Source of the DNA: a virus
Strand: one strand, 5' to 3'
IMG/VR virus record: IMGVR_UViG_3300043827_000628
Span: 27,350 to 91,349 of that record
Length of the DNA stretch: 64,000 nucleotides
Made by a program: the position numbers and the translations under genes. Below are positions 1 to 8,778 of this stretch, piece by piece (position 1 is the first letter of the stretch; every line of letters begins with the position of its first letter). The notes under the pieces are model-generated. The model ran no database searches, was not told the DNA's origin, and was given only the letters and a program-made list of their open reading frames with translations.

Positions 1-48
1 TGGTTATGCTACTTTACCGTAATTTTAATTAAAAATAATAAAATACAA

Positions 49-54
49 GTGTAA
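49..54 (+). promoter_or_regulatory. GTGTAA putative phage (late) promoter element
   Basis: GTGTAA lies 8 nt before ATG 63; the same motif recurs before many genes on both strands. Confidence 0.6.
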
Positions 55-62
55 ATATATAT

Positions 63-401
63 ATGAATTTCGACATGGGCACATTATTCAATATAGTTCT
101 TGGGGCTCTCACATTTTTAGGAGGATGGTTATTTACTAGAGTATTTTCGCTTATTGATAATCAAGACGAATTATTAAATAAACTAAATGAAAAAATATTT
201 TCTGATTTTATAACTTTAAGAAAAGAAGTAGAGTCAGAAGGTCGTAAACATCAACAAGAAATAGCTGATTTGGCTCTTAAAGTAAGCACAACTTATGTGA
301 CAAAAGAATCATTTGAAGCTTATTTTGATAGAATCGAAGCAAAACTTGATCGTAATTTTGAGACTATTCAACAACATTTAATTAATAAAAATAAAAATTA
401 A
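63..401 (+). CDS. Membrane-anchored coiled-coil protein (holin-like / lysis-associated candidate)
   Basis: N-terminal hydrophobic helix LFNIVLGALTFLGGWLF followed by a charged coiled coil. Confidence 0.45.
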   Translation: MNFDMGTLFNIVLGALTFLGGWLFTRVFSLIDNQDELLNKLNEKIFSDFITLRKEVESEGRKHQQEIADLALKVSTTYVTKESFEAYFDRIEAKLDRNFETIQQHLINKNKN

Positions 402-415
402 CTGTAATAGTTAAT

Positions 416-931
416 GTGATCGTTTCCGAAATAGATATAAATTTCTTCGCTAAAAAATTAAATTTGTCAGAAGAAAAAACTTTTCTTCTTTTGCAAGACC
501 CAGATTGTCTACCAGAAATTTTGAATAAAATATCAGATCAAGATATAAATGGAATAATTGATATAAGTTTTCCAGTTTTTACAGAGCTAACAATATTCAA
601 GTATTCTAAAGACATAGAATGTTCTTTTCAAGAAAAAGAATACGTTTCAGAAGCTGTAAGTAATAAATTTTATAATTTAATAGAATATCCATTACAAAAC
701 AAATATTTCTTTCAGTTAGAGCATAATGAAGATACTGCAAAATCTGTTTTAGTATTTCTAGGATTTTTCTATAAGAGTTTAGAAAAGCTCAGAAGATCAT
801 ACCCCTCTGAAAGTATATATTATGGTATAGCTAAGAGTGGATTTGAGAATGCAGAAAGAGATGAAGTATCTTATCATTTAAAAGATTGGATCAAAGTCTT
901 AAGAAGAATACATAATGAAGTCTGGTACTAA
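416..931 (+). CDS. Hypothetical protein
   Basis: 171-aa ORF; GTG start 8 nt after CTGTAA. Confidence 0.6.
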   Translation: MIVSEIDINFFAKKLNLSEEKTFLLLQDPDCLPEILNKISDQDINGIIDISFPVFTELTIFKYSKDIECSFQEKEYVSEAVSNKFYNLIEYPLQNKYFFQLEHNEDTAKSVLVFLGFFYKSLEKLRRSYPSESIYYGIAKSGFENAERDEVSYHLKDWIKVLRRIHNEVWY

Positions 932-960
932 TATCTTAACATATATTATTATACTTTTCT

Positions 961-1272
961 TTGATATCCCATAGAAGACTTTCCCTCAGAAATTTCTTGA
1001 AGTTATGTTTAGTCTTTTGTCTCTACTTTTCTTTTGACTCCCATTTCCTTCTTTTGAAGGAACAGACTACGGCACTTATAGATGGGCGAGGTGGCTTGCC
1101 CCTGTACATACTGCCGTCCCATACAGCCACACATTAACTTCTAAGCCATCTTATGCACAAAGAAGGTTTTCATAGTTGCAAGTCTTCACAGCATTGCTAT
1201 CTCTGTAGACAAAGGACTAAATAATTTTCTATAAAACTATCAAAATTGCCTATAATTAGAAGGCTATGTCAA
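961..1272. ncRNA. Candidate structured ncRNA or origin-like element
   Basis: No long ORF; locally higher GC; long-range helix 1008-1026/1205-1221; nested hairpins at 1045-1062 and 1069-1117. Confidence 0.45.
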
Positions 1273-1329
1273 TAGCTTATAATACAAAAATCTTTGAATT
1301 TTGTCAAATGTTTTTATATAATTTTTTTT

Positions 1330-1545
1330 ATGGAAGCGATAAGAAATGAAAAAGCTTGGATAAAATATAAAAAACAAAAAGCTTTAAATTATAATATTGA
1401 TGAAAAAGATATAGACGCTAATTATTATCCAGATCAATATCCATGCCTAGCACAACAGTACTTGAGTTCAGATGCGAATGGAATTAGATTAAAGTTTATA
1501 TTTGTTTATAAAAAAGATTGTCAAAAGTTGATAGGTAAAGTATAA
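1330..1545 (+). CDS. Hypothetical protein (start revised from 1294 to ATG 1330)
   Basis: TTGAAT(1294)-17 nt-TATAAT(1317)-7 nt-ATG fits a leaderless start at MEAIRNEK. Confidence 0.6.
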   Translation: MEAIRNEKAWIKYKKQKALNYNIDEKDIDANYYPDQYPCLAQQYLSSDANGIRLKFIFVYKKDCQKLIGKV

Positions 1546-1578
1546 TTTGTGTAAGTAATTTTATAGTTCTTTCTCATT

Positions 1579-1997
1579 GGGCCAGACTTGGTTTCGATTT
1601 TAGGAATCGAAATTAAAATGCAAGTAGAGTTGAAGTGGACTCTTTAAACAACTTCAAAATACTTAACTGCCAAACCAGCTAAGTTAAAGGGCAGCTTCTC
1701 CTTGAGAGTTTCTCACAAGAAGAACTCCCTAATCGCAGCCTAAAACTCTGCGACCTGTTACCTACGACACATCTACTAGGATAATGGGTATTTAGATGTA
1801 TTAATTTAAATCCTTTTTATTTAATTTTTAAATTAATTATATTGGGTAGATTTGACCAAGGTTAGATCTATTATAAAATAAATAGCTATAGCCCGATTGC
1901 CTGTTCGACACTATAGCGAAAAAACGGAATAGGCTAAACTTGTAGTATTTTAATTTAAGTTCACTAAAAGACGGGGATTCAATCTCCCCCTGGTCCA
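1579..1997 (+). ncRNA. ssrA: tmRNA (transfer-messenger RNA)
   Basis: 5' GGGCCAG pairs with 3' CTGGTCC plus discriminator A, with the G3.U alanine identity pair; GGTTTCGA after the 5' stem; T-arm GGGGA-TTCAATC-TCCCC; resume context TAACT-GCC; tag frame 1669-1743 ending LIAA-stop; no encoded CCA. Confidence 0.95.
1669..1743 (+). other. tmRNA tag reading frame AKPAKLKGSFSLRVSHKKNSLIAA*
   Basis: Direct translation from the resume codon GCC to TAA. Confidence 0.85.
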
Positions 1998-2065
1998 AGT
2001 AAACGATTCCTTTGCTCTCCAATTTTATTAGTATACTTTTTAGTTATAAGTGTAATAAATATATT

Positions 2066-2467
2066 ATGGCCAATATTAACATTAACGATCATTCAGAAAA
2101 ACGTATATCACTAGCTTATGATCCTACTACAGATTCTTATAAAGCTCAAGAAATATTAACCATAGACGACCTTACTTCTAAAGGTTCAACAATATCTAAT
2201 TTTGCTATTAGTGGTGCAAATGGTACAGTTTTATTAGCGAATAAAAACAGAGAAGAATTTTATGTCCAAAACCTTGCTACTGGAGCACTATATGTTAAAT
2301 ATGGCGCTAATGCACATAGTAGTAGTTTTAATTTTCTGTTAGCTGGAAATACATCTGCTAACGCTGGCGATGGTGGAAGTTTAAGCGATCTTAATTATAG
2401 TGGTATAGTAAGTGTTAGCGGGGCAAATGCATCTACTCCAAGTTATATAGTTTGGGAACGTTTATAA
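2066..2467 (+). CDS. Small beta-rich protein, possibly virion decoration (start revised to 2066)
   Basis: GTGTAA at 2050-2055 precedes ATG 2066; G/S/A/N-rich beta-strand pattern. Confidence 0.5.
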   Translation: MANININDHSEKRISLAYDPTTDSYKAQEILTIDDLTSKGSTISNFAISGANGTVLLANKNREEFYVQNLATGALYVKYGANAHSSSFNFLLAGNTSANAGDGGSLSDLNYSGIVSVSGANASTPSYIVWERL

Positions 2468-2468
2468 T

Positions 2469-3737
2469 ATGAATAGAAAGGAACTAGAAATTGATTTTAG
2501 TTCTAGTCTAAGTGCTAAAAAAAAGAAAGCACCTCTTAATAAACCATTTCGTCTTCCCTCTGGAAGCAAAAAGAAATTTGGCGTATATGTAAAAAATGAT
2601 AAGGGTAATATTGTAATGGTAAAATTTGGTGATCCAAATATGTCTATTAAAAGAGATAATCCAGCCAGAAGGAAAGCGTATAGGTCAAGACACGGTTGCG
2701 ATAATCCAGGCCCAAAAACTAAAGCAAATTATTGGAGCTGTAAGATGTGGAGCGCAAAACCAGTTAGCAAAATTACTGGAAGCGAAGAAATTACTTTAGA
2801 AGTAGAGATTCAAGCTAAAAGCAAAGGTCTTTGGTATAACATTCAACAAAAAAAGAAAAGAATGGGCAAAAACTATCGTCCAGCACCAAAAGGCTCTAAA
2901 GACCGTCCAACTCAAGAAGCTCTTAAAAAAGCCCAAGCTAATGATTATTTAAATGAAGAATATGAATGGGATGGTGAAACAGAATTTGATCAAGCCGAAC
3001 TTATAAAAATGGACGCCTCATTAGCTCAAGTTGAAGAAGTAGAAGACGAGCTTGAAGACTATAAAGAAGATTTTTATGGCATGATAGTTGGATCAATTAA
3101 TTCTATTTACCAACATGCCAAAAATGTAATGGATAAAGTTAATGACCCAATGGTTAAAGAAAATCTTACCGAACCATTTTTACAATCTATGGCCGCTTTA
3201 GCAGAAGACTACATGATTACAATTCATAATTATGTAATGTTTAATAAAGAAAATGAAGAACCTGAAGAAATGGAAGAAATGAAAGGCGCAACAATGTTTA
3301 AAGTTGGAGATAAAGTTCGCAATGTAAATTCAGATTGTAAGCATTATGGTAGTGAAGGAGTCGTTAAAGAAATACGTACTCTACCAGAAGACATGGGATA
3401 TGCAGTACTTTACGAATGCACAAACGAAGGCTCAAATTGGAAAAAAGGCGATATGCTTGGCAAAACAGAGATTCAATTACAGAAGATTGAAGCCAAGTGG
3501 AGTGTCAAATATAAAAGAAGCATAGATTGTAATAATCCAAAAGGATTCAGTCAAAAACAATACTGCAATAATAAAGCCTCAGAATGTGAATACGAGAATG
3601 ATGAAGAATATAAGAAAATGATAGCAGCAGACGGTAAAAAGTTTAATGAATTTTTAAAGCAATGCATTCCAACAAAACAGGGGGATGATAAAGCCAAGTT
3701 TAAATCTTGCCTACAAGACTACAAAAATAAAAAATAA
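2469..3737 (+). CDS. Modular protein of short basic domains, probable internal head protein
   Basis: Concatenated modules (KFGDPNM..RHGC..YWSC; GLWYNIQQKK; FKVGDKV SH3-like; KWSVKYKRSIDCNNPKGFSQ) joined by acidic linkers. Confidence 0.5.
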   Translation: MNRKELEIDFSSSLSAKKKKAPLNKPFRLPSGSKKKFGVYVKNDKGNIVMVKFGDPNMSIKRDNPARRKAYRSRHGCDNPGPKTKANYWSCKMWSAKPVSKITGSEEITLEVEIQAKSKGLWYNIQQKKKRMGKNYRPAPKGSKDRPTQEALKKAQANDYLNEEYEWDGETEFDQAELIKMDASLAQVEEVEDELEDYKEDFYGMIVGSINSIYQHAKNVMDKVNDPMVKENLTEPFLQSMAALAEDYMITIHNYVMFNKENEEPEEMEEMKGATMFKVGDKVRNVNSDCKHYGSEGVVKEIRTLPEDMGYAVLYECTNEGSNWKKGDMLGKTEIQLQKIEAKWSVKYKRSIDCNNPKGFSQKQYCNNKASECEYENDEEYKKMIAADGKKFNEFLKQCIPTKQGDDKAKFKSCLQDYKNKK

Positions 3738-3775
3738 ATTGAACACAATCTCCCTTGTGTAATCTATAGGAGATA

Positions 3776-4309
3776 GTGAATAAGCTTAAAAATTTATTCA
3801 ATTGGTTTGGATGGAAAAGTAAACTAACATTAGCACTTTTAATAAATGGGACAATAGCTTATTATGGAATTCAATTTGGGTTTTATTTAGCAAAAGATCA
3901 TAGTATATCTAAACTTCCTAATTCTTGCTTTGTTGATTCTGTGGCATTTGCTTCTTATGCTAATTATATATTATCTAGTAAAAATACATGGGCTCAAATT
4001 TATGCTTTTCAATATCATTATACAGATGAATTAAATAATTTTTCAACTATTTTTAATAAAAATTTAATAGAGTACACAGCTTCTATACCCAAGTATAGAG
4101 GACACTCAATATGCGTTTTCGAATATAAAGGTATACTTTGGGTTTATGATAGTAATCATGGAACAATGCCAGTTGGTGTTGCTGGTAATAGATCAGAGTA
4201 TCAAATAAGAATAACAAAATGGATTGAAAAGAAATACAAAGCTATAGTTTTCCACAGCATACTAATAGACGATGATGCAGAAAGAACTAAAGCATGGATA
4301 GAAGAGTAA
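3776..4309 (+). CDS. Membrane-anchored transglutaminase/papain-like protein
   Basis: N-terminal TM segment; candidate triad NSCF...GHSIC...VYDS; AGGAG SD. Confidence 0.5.
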   Translation: MNKLKNLFNWFGWKSKLTLALLINGTIAYYGIQFGFYLAKDHSISKLPNSCFVDSVAFASYANYILSSKNTWAQIYAFQYHYTDELNNFSTIFNKNLIEYTASIPKYRGHSICVFEYKGILWVYDSNHGTMPVGVAGNRSEYQIRITKWIEKKYKAIVFHSILIDDDAERTKAWIEE

Positions 4310-4479
4310 CCAAATTAATAAGAGATGTTAAATTAATAGCGCCGTCTTGTAATAACACAGAGCATTTTATAGCTGAATTTTGGAAATATCACAAAAGAAA
4401 AAACAAGAAAAGAAACATCTTCTGGTTTTCTGTTTTGGCTGTAATCTTCTTTATATGTTGGATTTTATCAAAAAATTAA
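4294..4479 (+). CDS. Small membrane protein
   Basis: Basic stretch followed by a C-terminal TM helix. Confidence 0.5.
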   Translation: MDRRVTKLIRDVKLIAPSCNNTEHFIAEFWKYHKRKNKKRNIFWFSVLAVIFFICWILSKN

Positions 4480-4730
4480 AGGATTGGTGGAATGAACTAC
4501 AACATTACAAGAAGTTCTTTTTTATTGTTTTTATTCCAGCTATTTTGTTTACAATTTACGGAGTCAGCGATTTTTACCTTAATTATTTTGATCTTTTGTC
4601 TAAAGAGCACCATATGGGATTTTTTCTTAGGTTCTTTTTTCCGATCTCTTTAGGTCTTTTAGTTACCAGTTTAGAATATAGAAAAAGAAAAAGATTAATA
4701 AAAGACATTAAAGACTATCTTGATAAATAA
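4380..4730 (+). CDS. Two-TM membrane protein (true start probably the internal MLDFIKK)
   Basis: Two hydrophobic helices and a basic tail. Confidence 0.5.
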   Translation: MEISQKKKQEKKHLLVFCFGCNLLYMLDFIKKLKDWWNELQHYKKFFFIVFIPAILFTIYGVSDFYLNYFDLLSKEHHMGFFLRFFFPISLGLLVTSLEYRKRKRLIKDIKDYLDK

Positions 4731-4805
4731 TTATTTAATTCTCTCTTTTAAATAAAGTATATAAACTAAAACTGTACCACAAATTAGCCAAGAAGCCAGT
4801 GTCAT
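4731..4805 (-). CDS. 24-aa single-TM peptide MTLASWLICGTVLVYILYLKERIK (absent from ORF track)
   Basis: Translated by hand; GTGTAA motif (4815-4820, minus strand) 9 nt upstream of ATG; fills the intergenic gap exactly. Confidence 0.55.
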   Translation of the reverse strand: MTLASWLICGTVLVYILYLKERIK

Positions 4806-4857
4806 ATAAAAAGATTACACTTAGCACCAAGGCTTGAACTTGACGCTAAGATTATTA

Positions 4858-5208
4858 TTAGTCTATTTTAATTTTATTTTGTAGTTTTTTATTTTCTTTA
4901 ACGAAGGTAATAGTTAGCAAACCATCCTCATGCTTTGCTTTAACTTCAAAAAGATCTACTTTTCTAGGCAAGTAAAAAGATTTTTCATATTTTACTTTGC
5001 CTTCTTTTCTAGTTGCCTTAATTGTTAGATATTCTTGATTTGTTGTAATATCAATATTTTCTTTCTTGAATCCTGCGAGAGGAATTTCAAGAGAATACTG
5101 ATCATTTTCTAAAACAAAGTCAGAATAATTATTATAACTTAAAGTCTCATTTAATATATTATCAAATATATCTAGTGGACTTCTTCCATTTCTTAGTGTC
5201 AATAGCAT
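4858..5208 (-). CDS. Small heat shock protein (Hsp20/alpha-crystallin)
   Basis: LAGFKKENIDI ... F.LP..VD...VKAKHEDGLLTI signature; AAGGAGG SD. Confidence 0.93.
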   Translation of the reverse strand: MLLTLRNGRSPLDIFDNILNETLSYNNYSDFVLENDQYSLEIPLAGFKKENIDITTNQEYLTIKATRKEGKVKYEKSFYLPRKVDLFEVKAKHEDGLLTITFVKENKKLQNKIKID

Positions 5209-5240
5209 ATTTTTCTATGCCTCCTTTATTTATATTTATA

Positions 5241-5257
5241 AGCAAGATCTATGCCAA
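5241..5257 (-). promoter_or_regulatory. Sigma54 (-24/-12) promoter of hsp20
   Basis: Minus strand TTGGCATAGATCTTGCT has exact GG-N10-GC spacing; predicted +1 near 5230, just upstream of the SD. Confidence 0.8.
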
Positions 5258-5266
5258 GTCTCTACA

Positions 5267-5333
5267 GAGACAAAATAGTAATATAGAGTCAAAATGACAT
5301 AATAATTAATTTGGCTACATTGACAAAATGGCT
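5267..5333. promoter_or_regulatory. Three G(A/T)CAAAAT repeats, candidate activator-binding sites
   Basis: gagacaaaatagta (5267), gagtcaaaatgacat (5286, with GTCA..TGAC dyad), tgacaaaatggct (5321), all upstream of the sigma54 site. Confidence 0.5.
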
Positions 5334-5372
5334 CACTTCGAGTTTGAAATATTTTATGTGTATATATTATAT

Positions 5373-5798
5373 ATGCCAATACCCCAAAAAAAAGATAACG
5401 AAAAACAAGGTGATTATATGGGGCGTTGCATGGAATTCATGAAAGATGAGAAATATCCTCAAAAACAAAAAGTCGCAATTTGCTTAAATACATTTAATTC
5501 TCCAAAAAAGAAAAGTAAAGGCACAAATGTAGAAATCGACTTTACTGAACAGATTAAGGAATTGAAAGAGAAGAAAGCAAAAGAAGAAGCAGAAAAACAA
5601 GCAAAATCAGAGCCAGTAACTGAACCAGTTGTGGAACAAAAAGTAGAAGCTCCTGCACCAGTTGTAGTAGAGCAAAAAGTTGAGCCAGAATCAGAAGTTA
5701 AAGTAGAAACCCCAGTTGTTGAACCAACACATAATGCAGTAACTGCACCAGCTAAACAAGTATCAGAAGTCAAAGTAGAAGAAAATAAAACTTCTTGA
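5373..5798 (+). CDS. Probable head-associated protein with P/V/E-rich tail (start revised to 5373)
   Basis: GTGTAT at 5358, 9 nt before MPIPQKK; RCM..AIC module; EIDF motif; VVEQKVE repeated twice. Confidence 0.55.
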   Translation: MPIPQKKDNEKQGDYMGRCMEFMKDEKYPQKQKVAICLNTFNSPKKKSKGTNVEIDFTEQIKELKEKKAKEEAEKQAKSEPVTEPVVEQKVEAPAPVVVEQKVEPESEVKVETPVVEPTHNAVTAPAKQVSEVKVEENKTS

Positions 5799-5830
5799 TT
5801 TATTAATATAAATATCCTATAATACAGGAT

Positions 5831-5900
5831 ATGTTTTTAATTACCGGTGGATCAGATTTAATAGAATAAGCTTAAAGAAGGCATTTTAAATAAATGTTGA
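5831..5900 (+). pseudogene. Deletion remnant of an NAD-dependent epimerase/dehydratase
   Basis: Starts MFLITGGS (Rossmann start) behind an intact TTGATT-17-TATAAT promoter; another frame ends KLKEGILNKC*, resembling an epimerase C-terminus. Confidence 0.55.
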
Positions 5901-5904
5901 TAAT

Positions 5905-6846
5905 ATGAATATAGCAGTTCGACTTGAAGGTGGTCTGGGTGATTGTCTGCTAGGCAATAGATTTGTTCCAGCCATCAAAGAAAAATACAAAGAAGCAGCT
6001 GTAACCGCCTATATAGACAGCGAAGGTAAAACCTTTCAAAAAGAGGGATTAAGCATATTATATCCTTCTATGTATAAACAGATAAATATTATAGAAAGAA
6101 AAAAATATAAATCATTTTGGGTGGACTGCCAATTTGGTACAGATAATTATTACGGAGCATTAGAAAATGTTCCAGACAATATTCAAGAAGAATTTAAGAG
6201 CTATGATAAATTTTACGATTTACATATAGATTCTTTGAAATGGATAGATATGGATTTTGATTGGCTAAGATATTATAGATTTTTTCCAAAACCAGAGCTG
6301 CAAATAGAAAATAATAAAGGAGATTATATTGTATTTCATTTAATATCTTCTACATCTGTAGGTCATAGGTTAGAAGATTGGTATATAGAGAGATTAGTTA
6401 AAGAAGCAGCATTAAAAAATAAAGTATATCTGATATCAACCGAAGACACAAACTGTTTTTACGATAAGGTTAAAGATATAGAAAATGTGCATTTGTTTAA
6501 CGGCTCAATTAAAGAGGTCTGTGAATTAATATCAAATGCAAAATTAATGCTATCAACAGATAGCGGATTTAGATATATAGCCTATGGATATGGTATTCCC
6601 ACGTTAACTTATTCAAAACAATCAACTCAACCATTCACTTCTATACCAAGTCATCAAATAAGATGGCTAATGTTTCCAGAAACATGCTTTCCACTAAATT
6701 ACGATGCAATAAATATCGTAGATATAATTAATAAAATAATTGAAAATAGAGGATATATTTTACTTCCATACTTTAAAGATTTTAATATACAAGCAGTGAA
6801 AAGAATTTATGCAATTAATAAAGAAAAGAGTATAATTACAAAATAA
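5905..6846 (+). CDS. GT9-like glycosyltransferase
   Basis: GGLGD near the N-terminus; STDSGFRYIAYGYGIPT motif. Confidence 0.75.
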   Translation: MNIAVRLEGGLGDCLLGNRFVPAIKEKYKEAAVTAYIDSEGKTFQKEGLSILYPSMYKQINIIERKKYKSFWVDCQFGTDNYYGALENVPDNIQEEFKSYDKFYDLHIDSLKWIDMDFDWLRYYRFFPKPELQIENNKGDYIVFHLISSTSVGHRLEDWYIERLVKEAALKNKVYLISTEDTNCFYDKVKDIENVHLFNGSIKEVCELISNAKLMLSTDSGFRYIAYGYGIPTLTYSKQSTQPFTSIPSHQIRWLMFPETCFPLNYDAINIVDIINKIIENRGYILLPYFKDFNIQAVKRIYAINKEKSIITK

Positions 6847-6850
6847 ATTT

Positions 6851-7498
6851 ATGAATGAATTTGATCTATATAAAGATTATATAAATAGAGGATGTGTAGC
6901 TTATGATATTGGAGCGCATATTGGACAAATAGCCGTCCAGATGTTACAAAAAGAAGCTAAAGTTTACGCATTTGAACCTTCTCCAAATAATTTTCCAATC
7001 TTAAAAGCAAATTGCGAAAGATTGGGAATTAAATGTTTTGATGTAGCCTTACATGACAAAAATTATTCATGTTTAACTCAATTTAAAGATTGTAGAACTG
7101 ATTATACAGACAGTAATGGCAAAAAGAACGACACAATACAGCAAATTTATTATGTTATTTTAGAAGATTTTATAAAAAGTAACGATCTAGAACTTCCAGA
7201 TTTTATTAAACTCGATATCGAAGGTATGGAAAGTCTAGTTCTTAAAACTTTTAAATTTCTATTTGAAGGTAAGAGACCAATTCTATATGTAGAAATTCAT
7301 GCTCAATCAAGGAACTTAGACAATCAAAATTATCCAGATAATCCACATTGGGTATGGCCAGAAGATGGAGGTTTCAATTTCAATAATTTAAAAAATTATA
7401 ATTATAATATAATTATCAATAATAAAATTTTAGACATTAATCAAGATTGGAATCCTAAAGAAAATTCTCATTCAAATATGATATTAAAACCAATATGA
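6851..7498 (+). CDS. FkbM-family SAM methyltransferase
   Basis: YDIGAHIG, FEPSP, FIKLDIEGME. Confidence 0.9.
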   Translation: MNEFDLYKDYINRGCVAYDIGAHIGQIAVQMLQKEAKVYAFEPSPNNFPILKANCERLGIKCFDVALHDKNYSCLTQFKDCRTDYTDSNGKKNDTIQQIYYVILEDFIKSNDLELPDFIKLDIEGMESLVLKTFKFLFEGKRPILYVEIHAQSRNLDNQNYPDNPHWVWPEDGGFNFNNLKNYNYNIIINNKILDINQDWNPKENSHSNMILKPI

Positions 7499-7869
7499 TA
7501 TACGATAAAAAAAGAATATGTATCGCATCGATTCATACAGCGAATATGAATCCTTTAGCGGAAATCACTTGGGATAAAAATAAAAAGATCTATTGTGATT
7601 TTAAAGGATATAGTTACGAAGTCAGAGAGCAAGCTACATGGAGAAAAGAAGAATATAAAGATTTAATTAAGATTATTCCACAGAAATATATGAATGCTTA
7701 TCCATATAGTGAAATTAGAGAGCATCCAAATGGTCTAGAAGATGCAACAGGAATAAATGGAGATTGGAAACCAGGAGACTTAATTATCCATGTGGCAGGA
7801 TTTGGAATTGATTTTTATAAAGAGTGCGTAAATCATTTAAGAAGCTATAATAGTAGGGTAGTAAAATAG
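7495..7869 (+). pseudogene. Internally deleted GT34-like (galactosyl/nucleotide-diphospho-sugar) transferase
   Basis: NKKIYC..KGY N-terminal part fused directly to EQ..IIPQ..MNAY..WKPGDLIIHVAG C-terminal part; the DxD core is missing. Confidence 0.6.
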
Positions 7870-7905
7870 TAGAAGTTTATCTTATAGATAATATAATATT
7901 AATAT

Positions 7906-8568
7906 ATGGAGTTGAGTTTTTTTAAAAGATATGAGAACGGAGATCGAGCTCTAGGTTCTAGATTATCTACATTTAAGATTGCTCTTTCTCTTTTAGATCA
8001 TACTAAAAATAATAATTTTATTGAAACAGGCACTACTAGAAAAAATTATTTAACCACCCCAGACGTATGTGAAAGAGCAGCAGATGGTGGATCTACGTTA
8101 ATCTTTGCCGATTATGTTTCTAGATTTGGAGGGCATGTTTGGACCTGTGATATAGAAAAAAAGAATATAGAGAATTGTAAAATAGCTACAGAACAATATC
8201 AAAAATCTATTACTTACGTAGTTGATGATTCTTTAAATTTTTTAAATAATTTTAATCAGAAAATAGACTTTTTATATTTAGATTCTGTAGATAGTCATTT
8301 GCCGAATGCTAATGAGCACCAATTAAAAGAAATAAAATTAGCGTATAAAAATTTACATAATAAAAGTATAATTCTTTTAGATGATCTTGGAAGTAAAACT
8401 AATTTATCAATACCTTTTCTTAAAGATAAAAATTGGTGTCAAATATTAATTGATGTGCCAAGACCAGCACGATATAATAATCTTATGCAAGGGATATTCG
8501 TAAAAGAAGAATTTTTATATATAGATCATAGTTCAATTCCAGAAGATAAAAGATTTAAAGATGTGTGA
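7906..8568 (+). CDS. Class I SAM-dependent methyltransferase
   Basis: IETGT, WTCDI, DSLNFL, IDFLYLDS, IILLDD. Confidence 0.85.
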   Translation: MELSFFKRYENGDRALGSRLSTFKIALSLLDHTKNNNFIETGTTRKNYLTTPDVCERAADGGSTLIFADYVSRFGGHVWTCDIEKKNIENCKIATEQYQKSITYVVDDSLNFLNNFNQKIDFLYLDSVDSHLPNANEHQLKEIKLAYKNLHNKSIILLDDLGSKTNLSIPFLKDKNWCQILIDVPRPARYNNLMQGIFVKEEFLYIDHSSIPEDKRFKDV

Positions 8569-8592
8569 AAATAGCTGTAATAAATATATAGT

Positions 8593-8775
8593 ATGAATTT
8601 TATTAATAAATATCAAAAACATAATCTAGGTAAATATAGTTATCTAGAGCCTATTATAAATTCTAATATAGATAATTTTGTACAATTTGGCAAAAACAAC
8701 AACTATAAAATTTTAAAAATTCATGTAGGAGATTCTCAGCCTGTAGATTCTTTTATTGTATACGAAAAGATATAA
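8593..8775 (+). pseudogene. Probable truncated or internally deleted gene
   Basis: 60 aa, own CTGTAA motif, lies among other stubs; no recognisable domain. Confidence 0.35.
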
Positions 8776-8778
8776 AAA

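Noticed and set aside
961-1260. RNase P RNA, suggested by minus-strand GAGGGAAAGTC and plus-strand AACAGACTACGGCACTTATA
   Set aside because: The two P4-like halves are on opposite strands and neither has a partner in the right order
1960-1997. Stand-alone tRNA
   Set aside because: T-arm and acceptor strand belong to the tmRNA; there is no anticodon arm
1837-2022. 61-aa minus-strand ORF
   Set aside because: Antisense to the tmRNA 3' half
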